DNA of 64,000 nt from the human T2T-CHM13v2.0 reference genome, Homo sapiens (GCF_009914755.1 NC_060935.1); one strand, 5' to 3'. Shown: positions 28,301 to 43,822, counted from the first letter of the stretch. Translations and numbers: made by a program. The notes: generated from the sequence alone by a model not told the origin.

Positions 28301-28637
28301 ATAGCTAATATTATTTAGTTCATACTCCCTGCCAGACACCTTGTTAGGCACCATGTGTGCATTAACAATCTCATCCAATCTTTGGGGGAAACTGTATGAG
28401 GTAGGATAATGATGTCATTTTATAGATAAGCATCCTGAGGCTTAAGCCTAGTTAAGGAACCCTTCCAAGCTCATATAGGTGGCTAAGCTAGGATTCTAAT
28501 TTTAATCTTTCTCGTCCTAGAATGCTAGTTCTGAACCACTACACTGTAGTTTGTCTTGAATGCAGCAGAGTGTTGTGGGAGTGGGGAATCATGTTGGAGA
28601 TGGGGGGCAAGAAAGGCATTGACTTATAGAAAGTCCC

Positions 28638-28789
28638 TCATTGAGACTAAAGAAAGTTGGAGGACAGTAAGTAAGAGCTGATAATTTCATTGAGCCTAAA
28701 GAAAGTTGGAGGACAGTAACTAAGAGCTGATAATTTCATTGAGCCTAACGGAAGTTGGAGGAGAGTAACTAAGAGCTGATCATTTCATT
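28638..28789. repeat. Minisatellite, 3.1 copies of a 49-bp unit
   Basis: Unit TCATTGAGCCTAAAGAAAGTTGGAGGACAGTAACTAAGAGCTGATAATT starting at 28638, 28687 and 28736. Confidence 0.95.
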
Positions 28790-30664
28790 TCACTTTTAAA
28801 GGCTATTAAACACAACATATTGTAGTGGAACTAGTGACCTTATTAAAATATTTACTGGCACATTACTACTTGATAAAATTATGAGTTAATAAATCTTTTT
28901 ACACCTGCGAAGGTATAACAAACCATTCATCTGAAGGAAAATCATCTGGTTGCACTGACTGACTCATTTCAGGATATACTAACATCTCTAAAAAGCCAAT
29001 GAGAGACTTGGGGAAGAAAGACATCTCTATAAGCCTGCCAGTACCCTCTAATCCAGAAGCACATAGCAAGACATCCTTTAAGCCAGCCCACCTATCCACC
29101 CATTCCTCTCACTCACCCTTCATCTGTTCCTCTGGCAGAGTGTTGGGAATGCCCTCTTTGGCCAAAAGTATCTTCACAGTTACCTGGGAAAAACAGGTGA
29201 TTGATAGGGGTACAGAAATGTGAGAGATGAAAGCAAAGGAAAATTATCTGCCCTCAGTTTTGCTGGTACAATGCAAAACCTTCTTTCAGAGAAGACCAGC
29301 AGGCTTGGCATGAGAGGGAGACATCCAAGCCCTTAACAACAGGTGCAGATATACAGGCAGCGGAAGGAGGGGATGGGCACGTTCAAGATGGCTTCAAGAT
29401 TATTAAAAAAATATCGTGTCCCCTGTCTTGCTGGCCCTCTCCAGCCCACACGTAGGCATCTCCTTTCTCAGTGAAAGAATATACTAGCCTTTATCAGCCT
29501 CTTGCTTGAATCCCTTCACAATCTCCTTTCTCCCACTACTCATCCATTTCTCCTTATCCTCCAACTTAGGAGCTCTTTGTTTTTCCTTCATGATCTCTGA
29601 CTAAATGGCTGTTAGGCAATTTTCCAGAGACACCCCAGAATCAGCTGTGCATTGTAAATGAAAGGTACAAGGAACTTTTGACTGACTAGGATAATTAGAG
29701 AGAAGGAGGCATTGGTTAAAACAAAACTAACCAAAGCGTGGTACAAAATGTATAGGGATGTCAATTTTTTAGTTAAAATTATATCCAGCATTTAAGAACA
29801 CATTTGTCATCCTACAGAAGTAGTCTAAATGTGTAAACATAATGTAATACTTTAAAAACACAGACATGGTATAAATTGCTTAGTAAAAAAAAAAAAGTGA
29901 CCAAAAGTTTAACATCTGTTAAAATAATTAGTTGTTATTACTTCTTTCTTAGCAGAATTCTCCTTTTTATGTCCCTAATATTCAAGCTAGACCCAGGTTG
30001 GGCAGAGGCATAGCAGCCCCTTCATGCTTATTCCTCTTCATCTCCTCTCATTTAAAACCAACAGCCTCACTGCTCTAACCCATCACAAAGAAATCAATAA
30101 CTTACTGCAGAGCTAGAATTGGCTGCATACCTGCTACATGTCAGGTGGCGTAATAAGACCATTACATACATTTTTTTTTTCATTTAGTCTTCATAATGAC
30201 TCTAGGAAGATTTCCACATTTCAAAGAGGAAGAAACTGAGTCTTGGTTAGATTTGGTAGTTTACCCAGCTAGAAGTAACAGAGCAGGGAGTGAATTCAGG
30301 CAGTCTGACCTGCACCTAGCGCAGCTCCCACCCTGAAATGTGCCTACCTTTCATGTGCAGGGTGGACCCTGTGTTCTCTCTCGGGGGAACTATTGGCAGA
30401 GGGATGGAGCCACACACATTAGGTTACAATCTCAGGGAGGGATCGTTTGCTATTGTCTGCCCAAAGCCTAGCTCTGCACCTGGCTTTAGCTAAACTCCAA
30501 CAAATATTAGTTGCATTAAATTTCAAACAATTGAGTTTATCTTAATTGTTCACAAATACTCTGCCAAATTTCTGTTTTATAAATTGTAGTCTGTAAACAT
30601 GTTAATCCTCCCTTGAACAGCATAAAGGTGAATGGCCAGGTGGAGGTTTACTGGTCTTTGGCAC

Positions 30665-31190
30665 TGTTTTAACCTGGTTCCCTCCAGAAAGCAGGGAGTC
30701 TATTTTGATAAGTGATCTCAGGGAACAGGAGTGGGGAACTGGGGAGAGAGGGCCCCAGAGGAGGAAAACCTGATTCATACATGAGTTCTGGAGTTGGTCA
30801 ACCTGTGGGCCATGCCACAGGGGCACGATCCCACAAGGACACTGGAGAACCAGGTAGAATGTGCCTCAGAATTGCCCATGTGAAAGAAGAGGAGAGATTT
30901 ACTCATGGGCTCCAGTCTCCCTGGGGCATTAAAGCACCCTCACTTCCAGGCTACACAGCATGAATGCCAAATGGATTCTATAGGTATCAGAGAAGCCCTG
31001 GGCAGAAAAGTGAGAGGTATGAATGCAACTAAGGTCAGGGGCTTTCAGGTTGCACCAGTGGGAAGCAGGTTGCTACAGTACTCACTAGAAAAAGCGGAGG
31101 GGTGAGAGGATGTGAGGCTGGTCACAGGAAGTGTCCCATACAGACCCACCTAGGCCACCGTGGTGCTGGGGGCTGGAGGGAGAGGAGAGG
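30665..31190 (-). mobile_element. Putative ERVL LTR (LTR16-like) fragment
   Basis: GGTTCCCTCCAGAAAGCAG..GTGATCTCAGGGAACAGGAGTGGGGAACTGGGGAGA resembles the antisense LTR16 end. Confidence 0.45.
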
Positions 31191-32077
31191 GACTGGTGAA
31201 AATGTGGGAGGGCACCTGAGGTCCAGCCTAGCTCTATTCCACAGGCCATTTGAAAAGTGCATTTCCTCACTCTCCAATCAACAAATTAGAAGCCTCTTCA
31301 GATTAAAAACTCTCCTTTTAAAATGCAAATAAGAGAGAGGCCAAGGTTAATTCAACTGGTCATTCAAATCTGCTGTGAAAGCTTTAATGGGATTGCCTCT
31401 TTAAAACCCTAGGAGGCATACTAAGAGCAGGGGTTTGGATGGAAAATGATGGGAGAGGGATAAAGAAAGGTAATGAATGACTGCCCGTATCTGAAAAATG
31501 TGAAGCAGCGTGCTTTGTGCCCAAAACACTGGTCACACCATGTAAGGCATGTGTAATGTATCAGTGTAACATGAAGCTGCATTGCTGAAGTGGCAACTCC
31601 ATGTTAGCATTAAGCCTGTTTTTTGTTGTTGTTTGTTTGTTTACCTCTCTTGTGAGACGTGTAAAAATACACCCACCAAAGAAATGGCAGATGACACATT
31701 TTTTACAACTTTAGAGAAGTTTCAGAATTCTCAACCGTGCTTATAATGAGGACTTTCTATTTCCCTGGGAATCATTGGGCTACGCAGGTAATTTGAAGTT
31801 TATCAAAAACATTACCTCTTGTTTTAGCAACTTGGTTGTTCAATGTGTCGTGGAGTGCGGGAGGAGGCGGCAACAGGACTTGCGGGAGGAGGGGACAACT
31901 GGGTGATGTTTATCTGAAAGGATTCTGCTGGAAGAGCTGTAATCACTGGACATATTAGTGGGAAAACAACTGGCTCCTCCCACTCATAATAATTGTTATA
32001 ATAACAATCATAGCAAACTCTAATAGTATATGGAATCGGTGCCAGGTACTGTTCTAAGCACTTATATATATAAATTA

Positions 32078-32611
32078 CAGTGGCCTCATTCATCCACAGG
32101 AGACAGTCCAAGCCCCTCAGTGGATGCCTGAAACCATGGATAGTATGAAACCCTATATGTTCTGTTTTTTTTTCATACATACATACATACTTATACCTAA
32201 GGTTAATTTCTAAATTAGGCACAGTAAGAGATTAACAATAACTAGTAATAAAATAGAACAATTCTGACAATATGCTAGCATCACTACTCTTGCATTTTGG
32301 GGACATTATTCAGTAAAATACGGGTGATTTGGACACAAGTACTGTGATACCGTGATGATCAGACAACAGAAACAGCTACTAAGAGACAAACAGGCAGGAA
32401 GTGTAGACAGTGTGGATACGCTGGGGCAAAGGAGGATTCATGTCCTGGGTGAGACAGAGGAGGGTGGCATGAGATTTCATCACACTACTCAAAATGGCGG
32501 GCAATTTCAAACCTCTGAATCGTTTCTTTCTGGAATTTTCCATTTCATACTTTCTGACCTCAGAAAACTGAAACTGTCCCAAGCAAAATCACAGGTAAGA
32601 GGGAACTGCTG
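32078..32611 (+). mobile_element. MER44B (Tigger7-derived MITE) inserted into a MIR
   Basis: TA|CAGT..CCCCTCAGTGGATGCCTGAAACCATGGATAGTA..AAATTAGGCACAGTAAGAGATTAACAATAAC..GGGAACTGCTG|TA; MIR halves on both sides (~32000-32075, 32620-32760). Confidence 0.87.
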
Positions 32612-33035
32612 TAATTATGAACTAGGTACTATCATTATCTATATTTTATAGGTTAGGAAACTGAGGCAAGGAGACATCAAGGAATTTGTCCAAAGTCACA
32701 CAGTAAGTAATGGTAGAGCTGTAATTCAAACCCAGGCCACAAGGCTCCAGAGTCCCGCACTTAGGCATTCTGACCATGGAGACTCAGGGAGACCTGTGTG
32801 AAGCCTTCATGGCTGAGAAAAGTCAGGGACTAGAAGGTAACCCCCTGGAAACCCATTGAGCCACAGGGTACCTGGGACAGGGGCTGAGGCTGGGGCAAAG
32901 CCCTCAGCATCCTGGCATTCATGTTCCCCCAAGGGAAGCCGATCAGAGAAGAATGCTGGGTTCAAATAACTGTGTAAAAGTAAGAACTGGAGGACATGTA
33001 AAAACCTGTCTCCTCCTATCTCCCTAGTGCAGAAG

Positions 33036-33457
33036 TGTAACCCGCGTGGACCCACTGGACTGAACCCAAAGCAGGTGAACGCGGGAATAAAAGACAAGAG
33101 ATAAAAGAGTATATTTGGAAGAAGGGGTCAGGGGGCACCTTGCCTCTAGTGGACAAGGGCCCTGAGATTTACACAGCCCTCCATATTTATTAGGCAAAAG
33201 AGATAGTGAGAAGAGGGTGGAAGAAGGGGTCAGCTGCTCGGTCCAGAGTAGGCTTGCAGGACCGCCTTCTCTACATGTCGCAGTAGATAACCTCTGCAAA
33301 GCCAGAGAGTAATTGCCTCCACCAAACCTTCTGTCGGCAGGAGCAATCATGAGTTTGCTCACATCCTGCATTCATAATAAACAGTCTGCTGTTTGATCAT
33401 ATAGCCTCCAGTGGAATGCTGAGTTGGTCATGTTCCATGGGCCCTCGGCTCCCTGCA
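33036..33457 (-). mobile_element. 3' LTR (LTR3 family)
   Basis: Minus strand starts TGCAGGGAGCCGAGGGCCCATGG and ends GGTTACA; AATAAA at 33186-33191 (minus); about 90% identical to 38076-38491. Confidence 0.92.
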
Positions 33458-33470
33458 TATCCCCCTTTCT
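33458..33470 (-). other. Polypurine tract
   Basis: AGAAAGGGGGATA immediately upstream of the 3' LTR on the minus strand. Confidence 0.9.
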
Positions 33471-34492
33471 GTTTATGAATTAATTGAAAGAATGTAAGGC
33501 CAGGCTGGGCAGCTCTTTCTCCGATTGGCAGTCCATCCGATTTTACAGACTATAAACAGAAGACAGAGACAAAACAACATTATTCCAAGAACTACATATA
33601 AGCTGTTAATGTGGTGCCTTAGATAGGTCCAAGGGTTGAGGCTCCCCAGGCCTTGCTGGAATTTGGTCCGGTCTTCTAAAGAAGGCTGAAACTCTGGAGT
33701 TTGCCTATTTAAATCAAGAATTTTGTTTTGTTTTATAATTCACCAATATCAAAGGTGATGTTGGATGTGAAAGCTCCCCGCAAATGGGCTTTCACGAGGT
33801 CCCATGGATACTCACTTTGGTTATATTCTAAGTTGGCTACACAAATATGGGTGTGATTAAAATGACAACGCAATTGCTGCTGCAAGTGCAAGCTTTGTAC
33901 TTGTTCCTTTAACCATAGAATCATGGATCATAACGTTGCCACTTCAGTTTGTAACTCAGTGTTAATTTTATTCTGAAGTAGCCATGCTTGGTTAGCTGTA
34001 TGTGTCCAGTTCTCTTCGTACTGAGCTGTTTAAACAGAACTATGCAAAGCTACAGAAGATTTCACAACAGAAGTTATTAGTGTGGCCAAGGACACAATAG
34101 CAAAAATTATCATGCCTAAAGCTTTACGGACACGATGAGTAAGCTGAGTTAGAAGAAGTTTCACACAGTGCAAAGCAGGTGTGGCAGCCCAAGGCTTGGA
34201 CAGGTTAACAGGAATCCATAGCCCAGGGATGAGTCCTAAAATAATCAAAGTAGAGATATTATGTGTTTGCAATGTGCTATGATTAATGCAGTGATATAAC
34301 TGGCAAGCTTTACAGGTCAAATGGGTATTGTTTACCTGAAGCTGGTGCTTCTTAGCTGCCCAAAAGACATAAGGATTAAAAACACAAACAGTAAATTGAG
34401 TGGTGATATTCTTTACAAATGTAACATTAGAACTGTGTCGCGACTCCAGTCGGCCTTCTCTCTGTCTTAGCACTCAGGCTCAGGTGACTCAT
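33470..34492 (-). pseudogene. env: env remnant: short leader, SU C-terminus and TM
   Basis: LWIPVNLSKPW; furin-like RVRK/ALG followed by hydrophobic fusion peptide MIIFAIVSLATLI; heptad repeat; beta-type CX7C (CHFNHTHIC); membrane anchor VVLGIMLFCLCLLFIV; several stops; most of SU missing. Confidence 0.88.
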
Positions 34493-34499
34493 GGCTCGT

Positions 34500-36349
<1,850 letters not shown>

Positions 36350-36350
<1 letters not shown>

Positions 36351-36356
36351 TTTCCC
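36350..36356 (-). promoter_or_regulatory. gag-pro -1 ribosomal frameshift heptamer G GGA AAC
   Basis: CTG GGA AAC GAG in the frame of the gag C-terminus; the -1 frame leads into dUTPase. Confidence 0.8.
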
Positions 36357-38054
36357 AGTGTGGGGTGGGGAGGTGCCATTCTGATGAAATTTTGAGCAGC
36401 ACTGATTAGCCCAGTGATTTTCCTTGTTATAGCAAGGACAAAGTCCTGGTGTTTTTTCCACTGGGTGGGCCTCTGCCTTGTAAGGTCCTTTCTGTCCTGA
36501 GATCTGGAGGCATTCCTTTTTAAAATGTTCAGTTTTTCCACAAGTATAACGTTTTCCCATTGTAGGGTTTGACCCTTGGCTCCTTTTAGATTTGTCAACA
36601 GCTAAATTAGCCATTGCTTCAGCTAACATTGAAGAGTGATGATGTCAGGTCCTACATCCTGACAAGCTCTGAGAAAATTTCCCAAATTCTTTGTACACCT
36701 CACTGGAGCCAGTGCACATTAACAATCCATGTTTGCATTCTCAAAAGCTAGAGTTAAGGTCAGCATTTCTGCAGCCGCGGTATGAGGAATCTGATGCTTC
36801 ACTGCCTCTTGTAATCTTGCAAGAAATTGTGTATAGGCTTCCTGCAACCCTTGCATGATATGTAAAAAGGATTGTACTGGGAATTCCTCTTCAGCAATTG
36901 TGGCCCAGGTGCATTTAGCAGCCTGTGCACACTGCTGATAAGCAGTGTCTGGGAGTGCCATTTGATGTCCCAGGTCTGAATAAGGGCCATTACCTATCAG
37001 CATATACTCTGTAATGTCTGCATGTCCAGCAACATGATTCTGTTTAGCCTGGTCTGCACACATTTCTTGCCAATTTAATTCCATGTCAGATATGCACTAG
37101 TGGACAAGCAAGTTCACTCCAAGTGTTTCACATCAAAGGGTAAAAGCCGCATAGCACCAAATACAGATTCTAGCAATCCTAATGTGAATGGGCTCTGTAT
37201 GCCATTATTTACCACACTCGCTTTTAATTCCTTCAACAACTTGAACTCTAGTGGAGTGTGTTCTTGAACAAGCTGCTGTGGATTATTTGGATCAGGCCTT
37301 AGGGAAATAGGAAAAGTGCAAGGTCCTAAGGGCTCTCCAGCTATGGCAGCAGAGTATAAAATTCTTTGTATTGGGGTCTCAATTTCTGCTACTGAAGGAG
37401 GTGGTACAGATGTTTCTGCAACTGGAGGAGGCGGTATAGACCAATTTTTATCCTCCCTCTCCTGTTTTTTATTTTCAGTTGGAGCTGTGGGTGGGACAAC
37501 AGATTCTTTCAGATTTTTAGATTCAGCCTGCTGTCCCACAGAATAATAAGGAGATAATGGCAGAAGTACAGTACAAACTAAACTCTAAGTGGAAAAAACT
37601 GAAGAATCAACTTTAAAACCTTTTGATGAGCCTGTTTTAATACTTCTCCTGCTCTATCCCAATTTTCCACATCAAGAGTGCCTGCCTGCAGAAAACATGG
37701 GTTATGTGTAATAACTTTCTGTGGCTTCTGCAGGAGGTTAGTTAGTGTCTGCGAATTAACCTGAGCTCCAGACTGTCTCAACAGAACTTTAAGCAACTGC
37801 ACATAATGTTTGTCTTCAATAGACAAATTCTTCCCCTTGTTACCCTGACTCAGAAAGCTTCCTGTTCCCAGTACCTCCTTAAAGCACTGCTCCCAGGACC
37901 TCTTTAGGGCACTGATCAGTACCTCTTCAGGGCATTCACCTTATATCCACTGCTGGCAGACTCGTCCTGGGGTTACAGTTCACCTTGTCAATTTCAGTTC
38001 TTCTGCTCCAGCAGACCTTCTTTGTTCATGTCCTTGAAGTCCCGTATTTGGACT

Positions 38055-38072
38055 GTCCCTGTTCAGATGCCA
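38055..38072 (-). promoter_or_regulatory. Primer-binding site, tRNA-Lys3 type
   Basis: TGGCATCTGAACAGGGAC, 3 nt after the 5' LTR, versus canonical TGGCGCCCGAACAGGGAC (3 transitions). Confidence 0.9.
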
Positions 38073-38075
38073 GTA

Positions 38076-38491
38076 TGTAACTCACACAGACCTACTGGAC
38101 TGAACAAACTGGGTGAACGCGGGAATAAAAGACAAGAGACAAAAGAGTATATTTGGAAGAAGGGGTCAGGGGCACCTTGCCTCTAGTGGACAAGAGCCCT
38201 GAGCTTTACACAGCCCTTCATATTTATTAGGGAAAAGAGATGGTGAGAAGGGGGCAGAAGAAGGGGTCAGCTGCTCAGTCCAGAGTAGGCTTGCAGGACT
38301 GCCTTCTCTAGATGTCTCAGTAGATAACTTCAGTGCCAGGGGGTGATTGCCTCCACCAAACCTTCTGTCAGCAGGAGCAGTTGTGAGTTTGCTCACATCC
38401 TGCATTCATGATAAACAGTTTGTTGTTTGATCATATAGCCTCCAGTGGAATGTTGAGTTGGTCACATCCCATGGACCTTTGGCTCCCTGCA
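38076..38491 (-). mobile_element. 5' LTR (LTR3 family); potential minus-strand promoter
   Basis: TGCAGGGAGCCAAAGGTCCATGG..GAGTTACA; paired with the 3' LTR; followed by the PBS. Confidence 0.92.
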
Positions 38492-38690
38492 CAGAAGCAC
38501 GGGGGTGTGTGCCTATAGATATGTCCAAATGCTCACCTCCATGCATGTGGCTACCTTGGCCCAAGTTACCACCAACACCTCATCAATAGTGTCTCTGGTT
38601 TTATTCCTGCACCCTCCTGTTTATGGTTTGTATCACAAACGAGATGATCTATTAAAAATGTCAAGTAAGTCATGTCACCCCTTTGCTTAA

Positions 38691-39017
<327 letters not shown>

Positions 39018-39479
39018 CTCACCGCACTTTGAATAACATCTAAACGTCTTTGCCATGGCCTACAAAGGCCTTGCATAGTCAAGCTCCTACCCGCCTCTCC
39101 AACTTCATGTCTTGTGCCTTGCTGTTGAAAGGACAATCACACTGGCTGTCCTTCAGTCAGGGCTGTGGCCTACTGTGAGGCCCTCCAGAGGCTGCATTTC
39201 TCCCATTGCTCTTGACCTGGCCAGCTTCTCTTTCCTCTTCAGTTTTGTTTTCATCTCAGGGGCAGATCTGAGTCCATCATACTCTTAAGTTCATATCACA
39301 CCATCGGGACTGGATTTTCAAGACCCTTGCTTGGTTCCTTTCATTAAAAGTTGCTTTCCCCTTTTTCCCTAATCCTTGTTCTCATGCCCCCATCCCCACA
39401 GAGGGCATTGAGACTGGCTCTGACTCATCTTTGTTACGTGCGTTGTGATGTTTCTAGTGTGTACTTTCAGTGCACATAA

Positions 39480-39815
39480 AGGCATTGCTCGTTGAGTCTT
39501 ATTCTGTGCCCTGCCTGTTTTCACTTCACGTTATGATTTTTGGAGCTGCTACCCATGTTCCTGCACCTCCTGTGCACTGCATCTTCATGTTCTGTGGTAA
39601 TCCACAGCAATCATTCGCCCTTGTGAAAGACCCCTCTACCTCCCTCCTATCACAACATTGTCCTAAGAAACATTCTTATAGATCTAAGCAAGACCATCTC
39701 TGGCACATGTATCTACGAGTGATACCGTGGGATTCCAGGGACACATATATTCAATTTTGGTAAATACTGCAAGTTTGCTTTCCAGAATGGCAACACCATT
39801 TTATAGTCCTTCCCT
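39480..39815 (-). mobile_element. Old L1ME fragment
   Basis: TTCAATTTTGGTAAATACTGCAAGTTTGCTTTCCAGAATGG..CACCATTTTA. Confidence 0.5.
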
Positions 39816-42800
39816 GGGCCTCAGAGAATCTTTTCCTAGACTTCAAACATAATTCTATCTTCCCTTATTCTATATTTCAGTTCCTTCCTGCCTTTATAAA
39901 ATGTGTCGCACTTTGTATCTGCTCTATTTGCCTGTTTGCTTGTATTTTGATGGTCTCTTCCTCTACAATGTAAGCTTCTTAATGTCAGGGACTTTGCTTG
40001 TTTTATTCTCTACCATAATGTCAGAATCTAGCATAGCAGCTGTCACATAATACGGACTCGATAAAAATACGTCAAATGAATGAATAAACAAAAAGTGCGG
40101 TATGGTGGGTAAATAATGGTTAAAATGCGCATGGAAAGTCCCATTATCAGGAGTACTACAGCCTTGTTTTAATGGCATGACACTACTGGGGTCATATCCC
40201 TCTGTGTTGTATCCTGGAAAGAAGTCAGCACCGTCCCCTCCCCCTGCTTCCAATGCTTTGTTTTATTAGTTAGTTCAAAGTCTTCGTCTCAGCTCCAAAG
40301 TGCCATCTGGGAACCTCTGCTGCTGCAGCTGCCCTGTGCAAAGTCACCATGTGGGTCTGGGATGCCGTGTCCACACCCTCCACTTGATTTCTTCAGCAGA
40401 ACAACTAAGCTGACATGAAACAAGGAGGCTTTTTCTGATTTCTGAGACAGCTGCCTCACTTTGATTGAATTATATTTAAATAACTTAGGTTTTAGGAGGA
40501 TCAAATGAAGAATGTTTTCTGAATGGGTTCAAAATCAACTTCCTTGAATTCCTGCTCTCAAAACTGTTTGCTTAAAGATTTATTGGGTGGCTCATCAGTC
40601 AGCCAAGAAGTTCTGGCCCAGATTTGGGTCTCCTTTTGAAAATATTTTGCAAACCCACAGCCCCTCACTGGATGATGCAGGAAAGGCCCATTTGTTCTTC
40701 ACCACACATGTGTAGCCCGAGTTTTTCTGTTCCTGTTCATCGTTTTATTCCCCACGGGAAGCCTAAACTTCTTTACCAAACCCTAAGGTGTCAATTAGGT
40801 TGCCATAAAAAAAAAATGGTGCTGCCTGGAAATGATTTCACTTCTGATCTCTTTCATATGTTTTTAAAGAGGTGCCTGGGTCTGGGACTTAGATTCCTGA
40901 AAACCTAACACCTGGCCCAAGGACCTACCTTGGCGAACTCATCACAGCTGCACTCAGATATTGCTGTCTTCAAGAAAAGAAGTAGAAGTCACTGCTTTGT
41001 TCCATTTCCAGAATGTCAGTGAATGAAAACAAAGATAATGATGATTAAAGAGCTAAAGTGAACTTACTATGTGCCAGGTTCTGTATTGAGTTCGTATTAT
41101 CTCATTTCATAGTCTAAACATCCCTGGCGTGGCTCAGCCGAAGCTTGGAGACCTTACATAACACACCCAAGTTCCCACAGCTGGTAAGTACTGGTAGCTG
41201 ACTGTGGAATGAGGCCTGATTCCAAAGCCAGTTCTCTTAAGCACTACACAGCTCTCTTCCCTGAAGTACCTCTGGAAGGCCCTCAGCATCCTTGACAAGC
41301 CCTTGCTAATTAAGACAAGCTTTCTTCCTATCTGCCATTGTTCTTAAGCTTCTAAGAAACAACTCGTTGTTGTTCTTGGGAATTGGGAATGTTGGGCACA
41401 GCTTATGAAAAACAAACAAACAAAAAAAACCCAGCAAATAAATACATAACCAGATGACCGTTGTTCTTTGCTTTAAGTGCATTTTAAAAATCTTTAAGCT
41501 CCTAGAGGACACTGCAGTGGCCATAATAAAATGCGTAAAGAGCTGGAATATTGAATCATGCAGAAGTAATCATTTTTATATGGTATGGTACCCAGGGATG
41601 AATTTAGTAGGGAAAATAACCTCCCATGTATAAAGGCAGATTTAAAGAAATAATTATTTACAAATTGGTAAGCAAATGGAAAATTGTAAAAATGTCTAGT
41701 TCCGCAGTTACTATGTTCCACGAACATGGCTAATTTGTCTTCACTTTCACTATGTGAGGAAGACAGAAGCATAGACAGCCAGAAAATAGGGGGATTTTGG
41801 GTCAGCAAACTTCACCAGAGTTGAGACATTTTCTTTCATTCATTCGAAATATTGATTGACCATCTACTCTGTGCCGAGTATTAGCTGGCAAACAACACAG
41901 AAATTGCTGCAACTTTAAAAAGTTTAGGATCACGCCTGGTTTAATTTCACCATCATGAAACACAGGGGTGCAAATCTGAAACTTTATTCTTTTATAACAA
42001 TTGATTTCAAACCTTATATCTTTTGGTGGCAGAAAACAATCTTGCCTATTCAAGGTAAAACTCATCTTCTGGATTAAAATACAGTCTCTTTGGGGCAAAA
42101 AAGCCAGCTCATGTTTTTCTCTTTTCCTTTTCACCTTTCCATGGGAGTAATTTAAGTTTTGGGCATTCTAGGGAAAAAATGGGGCTGCATTTGAAGTAGT
42201 CTGTTGTCCACACTGGCCTTCACTGGGTTGAATCTCACCTTATTTTCCCCTTATCTTTAGGTCCTGGGCTTCCCTCCTGAGGGCCAGTCTTTCACGCTGG
42301 TCTTTGGACTCCAGGCATAACTGCTCAGAGTCATCCTTGTCCCAAATCCAGACCACTTTGAGTCAGCCCATATTCTCTCAGCATTCTTCTACCCGTGGTG
42401 GGTCTGAGAACTTGTTTGCTTTCTCTATTTTCCCTAAGAGTAACAGTACTTCCCAAGGCTTCCCCCAAGCCCATACCCCTGTATCCCTTATCCACCATTG
42501 CTCCCCTCCGTGAGGTTCTTCTATAAGCCTCTCAGTGTCTCTGGGTTTTTCCTGGGGAAGCCAGGCATAAGTCTTCTCTGCTCTGGGATCTGCATACACT
42601 GACCAAGGCGTTGGTCACTTGCCCCAAGGCAAGGGGCAGGATTCCATTTTTTTCCCTTGATTTTCCTCTCCCAATTCCCAAACTCCTTTTCTCCAGGCCA
42701 GAAAGAGGTTTTAATCTTGAGTAGTAAAGAAAACTGGCTCTTAAATCATCATGAATTCTTTCAAAGGTATTGTTTGTGGAATAAACTGTATTGTTAGTTT

Positions 42801-42844
42801 CTTTGGGACTTAACTTTTTGATTCTCAAAACTCTTTTTGTAAAT

Positions 42845-43822
42845 TGTTAAACTGAACTTTGTTGAAATTAAAAGCCTCTTCTTCTCAAAAGACAGTTAAG
42901 AAAATGAAAACACGAATCACAGAGGCGGAGAAGATATTCACAATACGTATATCTACCTAAGGACTTATCTCCAGAATGTATTTAAAACTTCTACAACTCA
43001 ACAATGCAAAGACAAACAATCTAATTTTTAAAATAGCCCAGAAGACTTGCATAGCACTTCATAAAAGAAGTTATATAAATGGCCAAAGAGCATATGAAAA
43101 GATACTGAACATCACCACTCAACATGGAAATGTAAACTAAAGTCGTCGTTAGATATCACTTGTCCATTACAACGGCTAACATTTAAAAGACTGATGACTA
43201 AGTCAAGCAAAGATATGGAGCACAAGAACTCACTTATACTGCTGGTGAGACTGTGGAATGATACAACTACTTTGGAAAAGTTTGCCATTTTCTTACAAAA
43301 TTAAACATACACCAATCCTATGACATCATCCTAAGAGAAATGAAAACATATGTCCACAAAAATCTTTGTATAAGAATGTTCATGGCAGCGTCAGACACAA
43401 TAACTCAAACCTGAAAATTTCAAGTATCCATCCTCAGAAGAATGGGTAAATTGTGGTGTATCCATACAGTGGAATACTGCTTAGCAATAAAAAAGAACAA
43501 ACCACTCATACATGCAACAACATGGGCAAAGCTCAAAGACAATATATTGAATGAAATTAGCCAGACACAAAATTACAATTCCATATATATCAAGTCCTAG
43601 AACAGATAAACCAGGCTATTATGGTAGAATGAAATGAGAGTAGTGGTTGCCTCTGGTTGTAGAGTCTAAAATGAGCTTTGACTATAATGACACAAGGGTA
43701 CTTAACAGAATGAAGAAATGTTCTCTATCTTCAACATGTTGGGGGTTACTCAGGTGTAAATGTTTTTCAGAACTTAAAATTTGTACATCTTGCTGCATGT
43801 AAGTCCTGCGCAACTTAAAAAG
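42845..43822 (+). mobile_element. Old L1M (L1MC/ME) ORF2 end and 3' UTR
   Basis: AAATTAAAAGCCTCTTCTTCTCAAAAGACA; CATATGAAAAGATACT; AGAGAAATGAAAACATATGTCCACAAAAA; GTGGTTGCCTCTGG. Confidence 0.82.

Noticed and set aside
28638-28789. Regularly spaced repeats resembling a CRISPR array
   Set aside because: Units are contiguous with no unique spacers, there are no cas genes, and the DNA is primate
33024-33371. Paralogous ORFs MQDVSKL.. (33024-33371 and 38166-38405)
   Set aside because: They are the same reading frame in the two LTR copies, differ in length by an indel, and show no protein motif
34030-34473. 147-aa env ORF as a domesticated (syncytin-like) envelope
   Set aside because: Starts at GTG, has no signal peptide, lacks most of SU, and stops just after the fusion peptide
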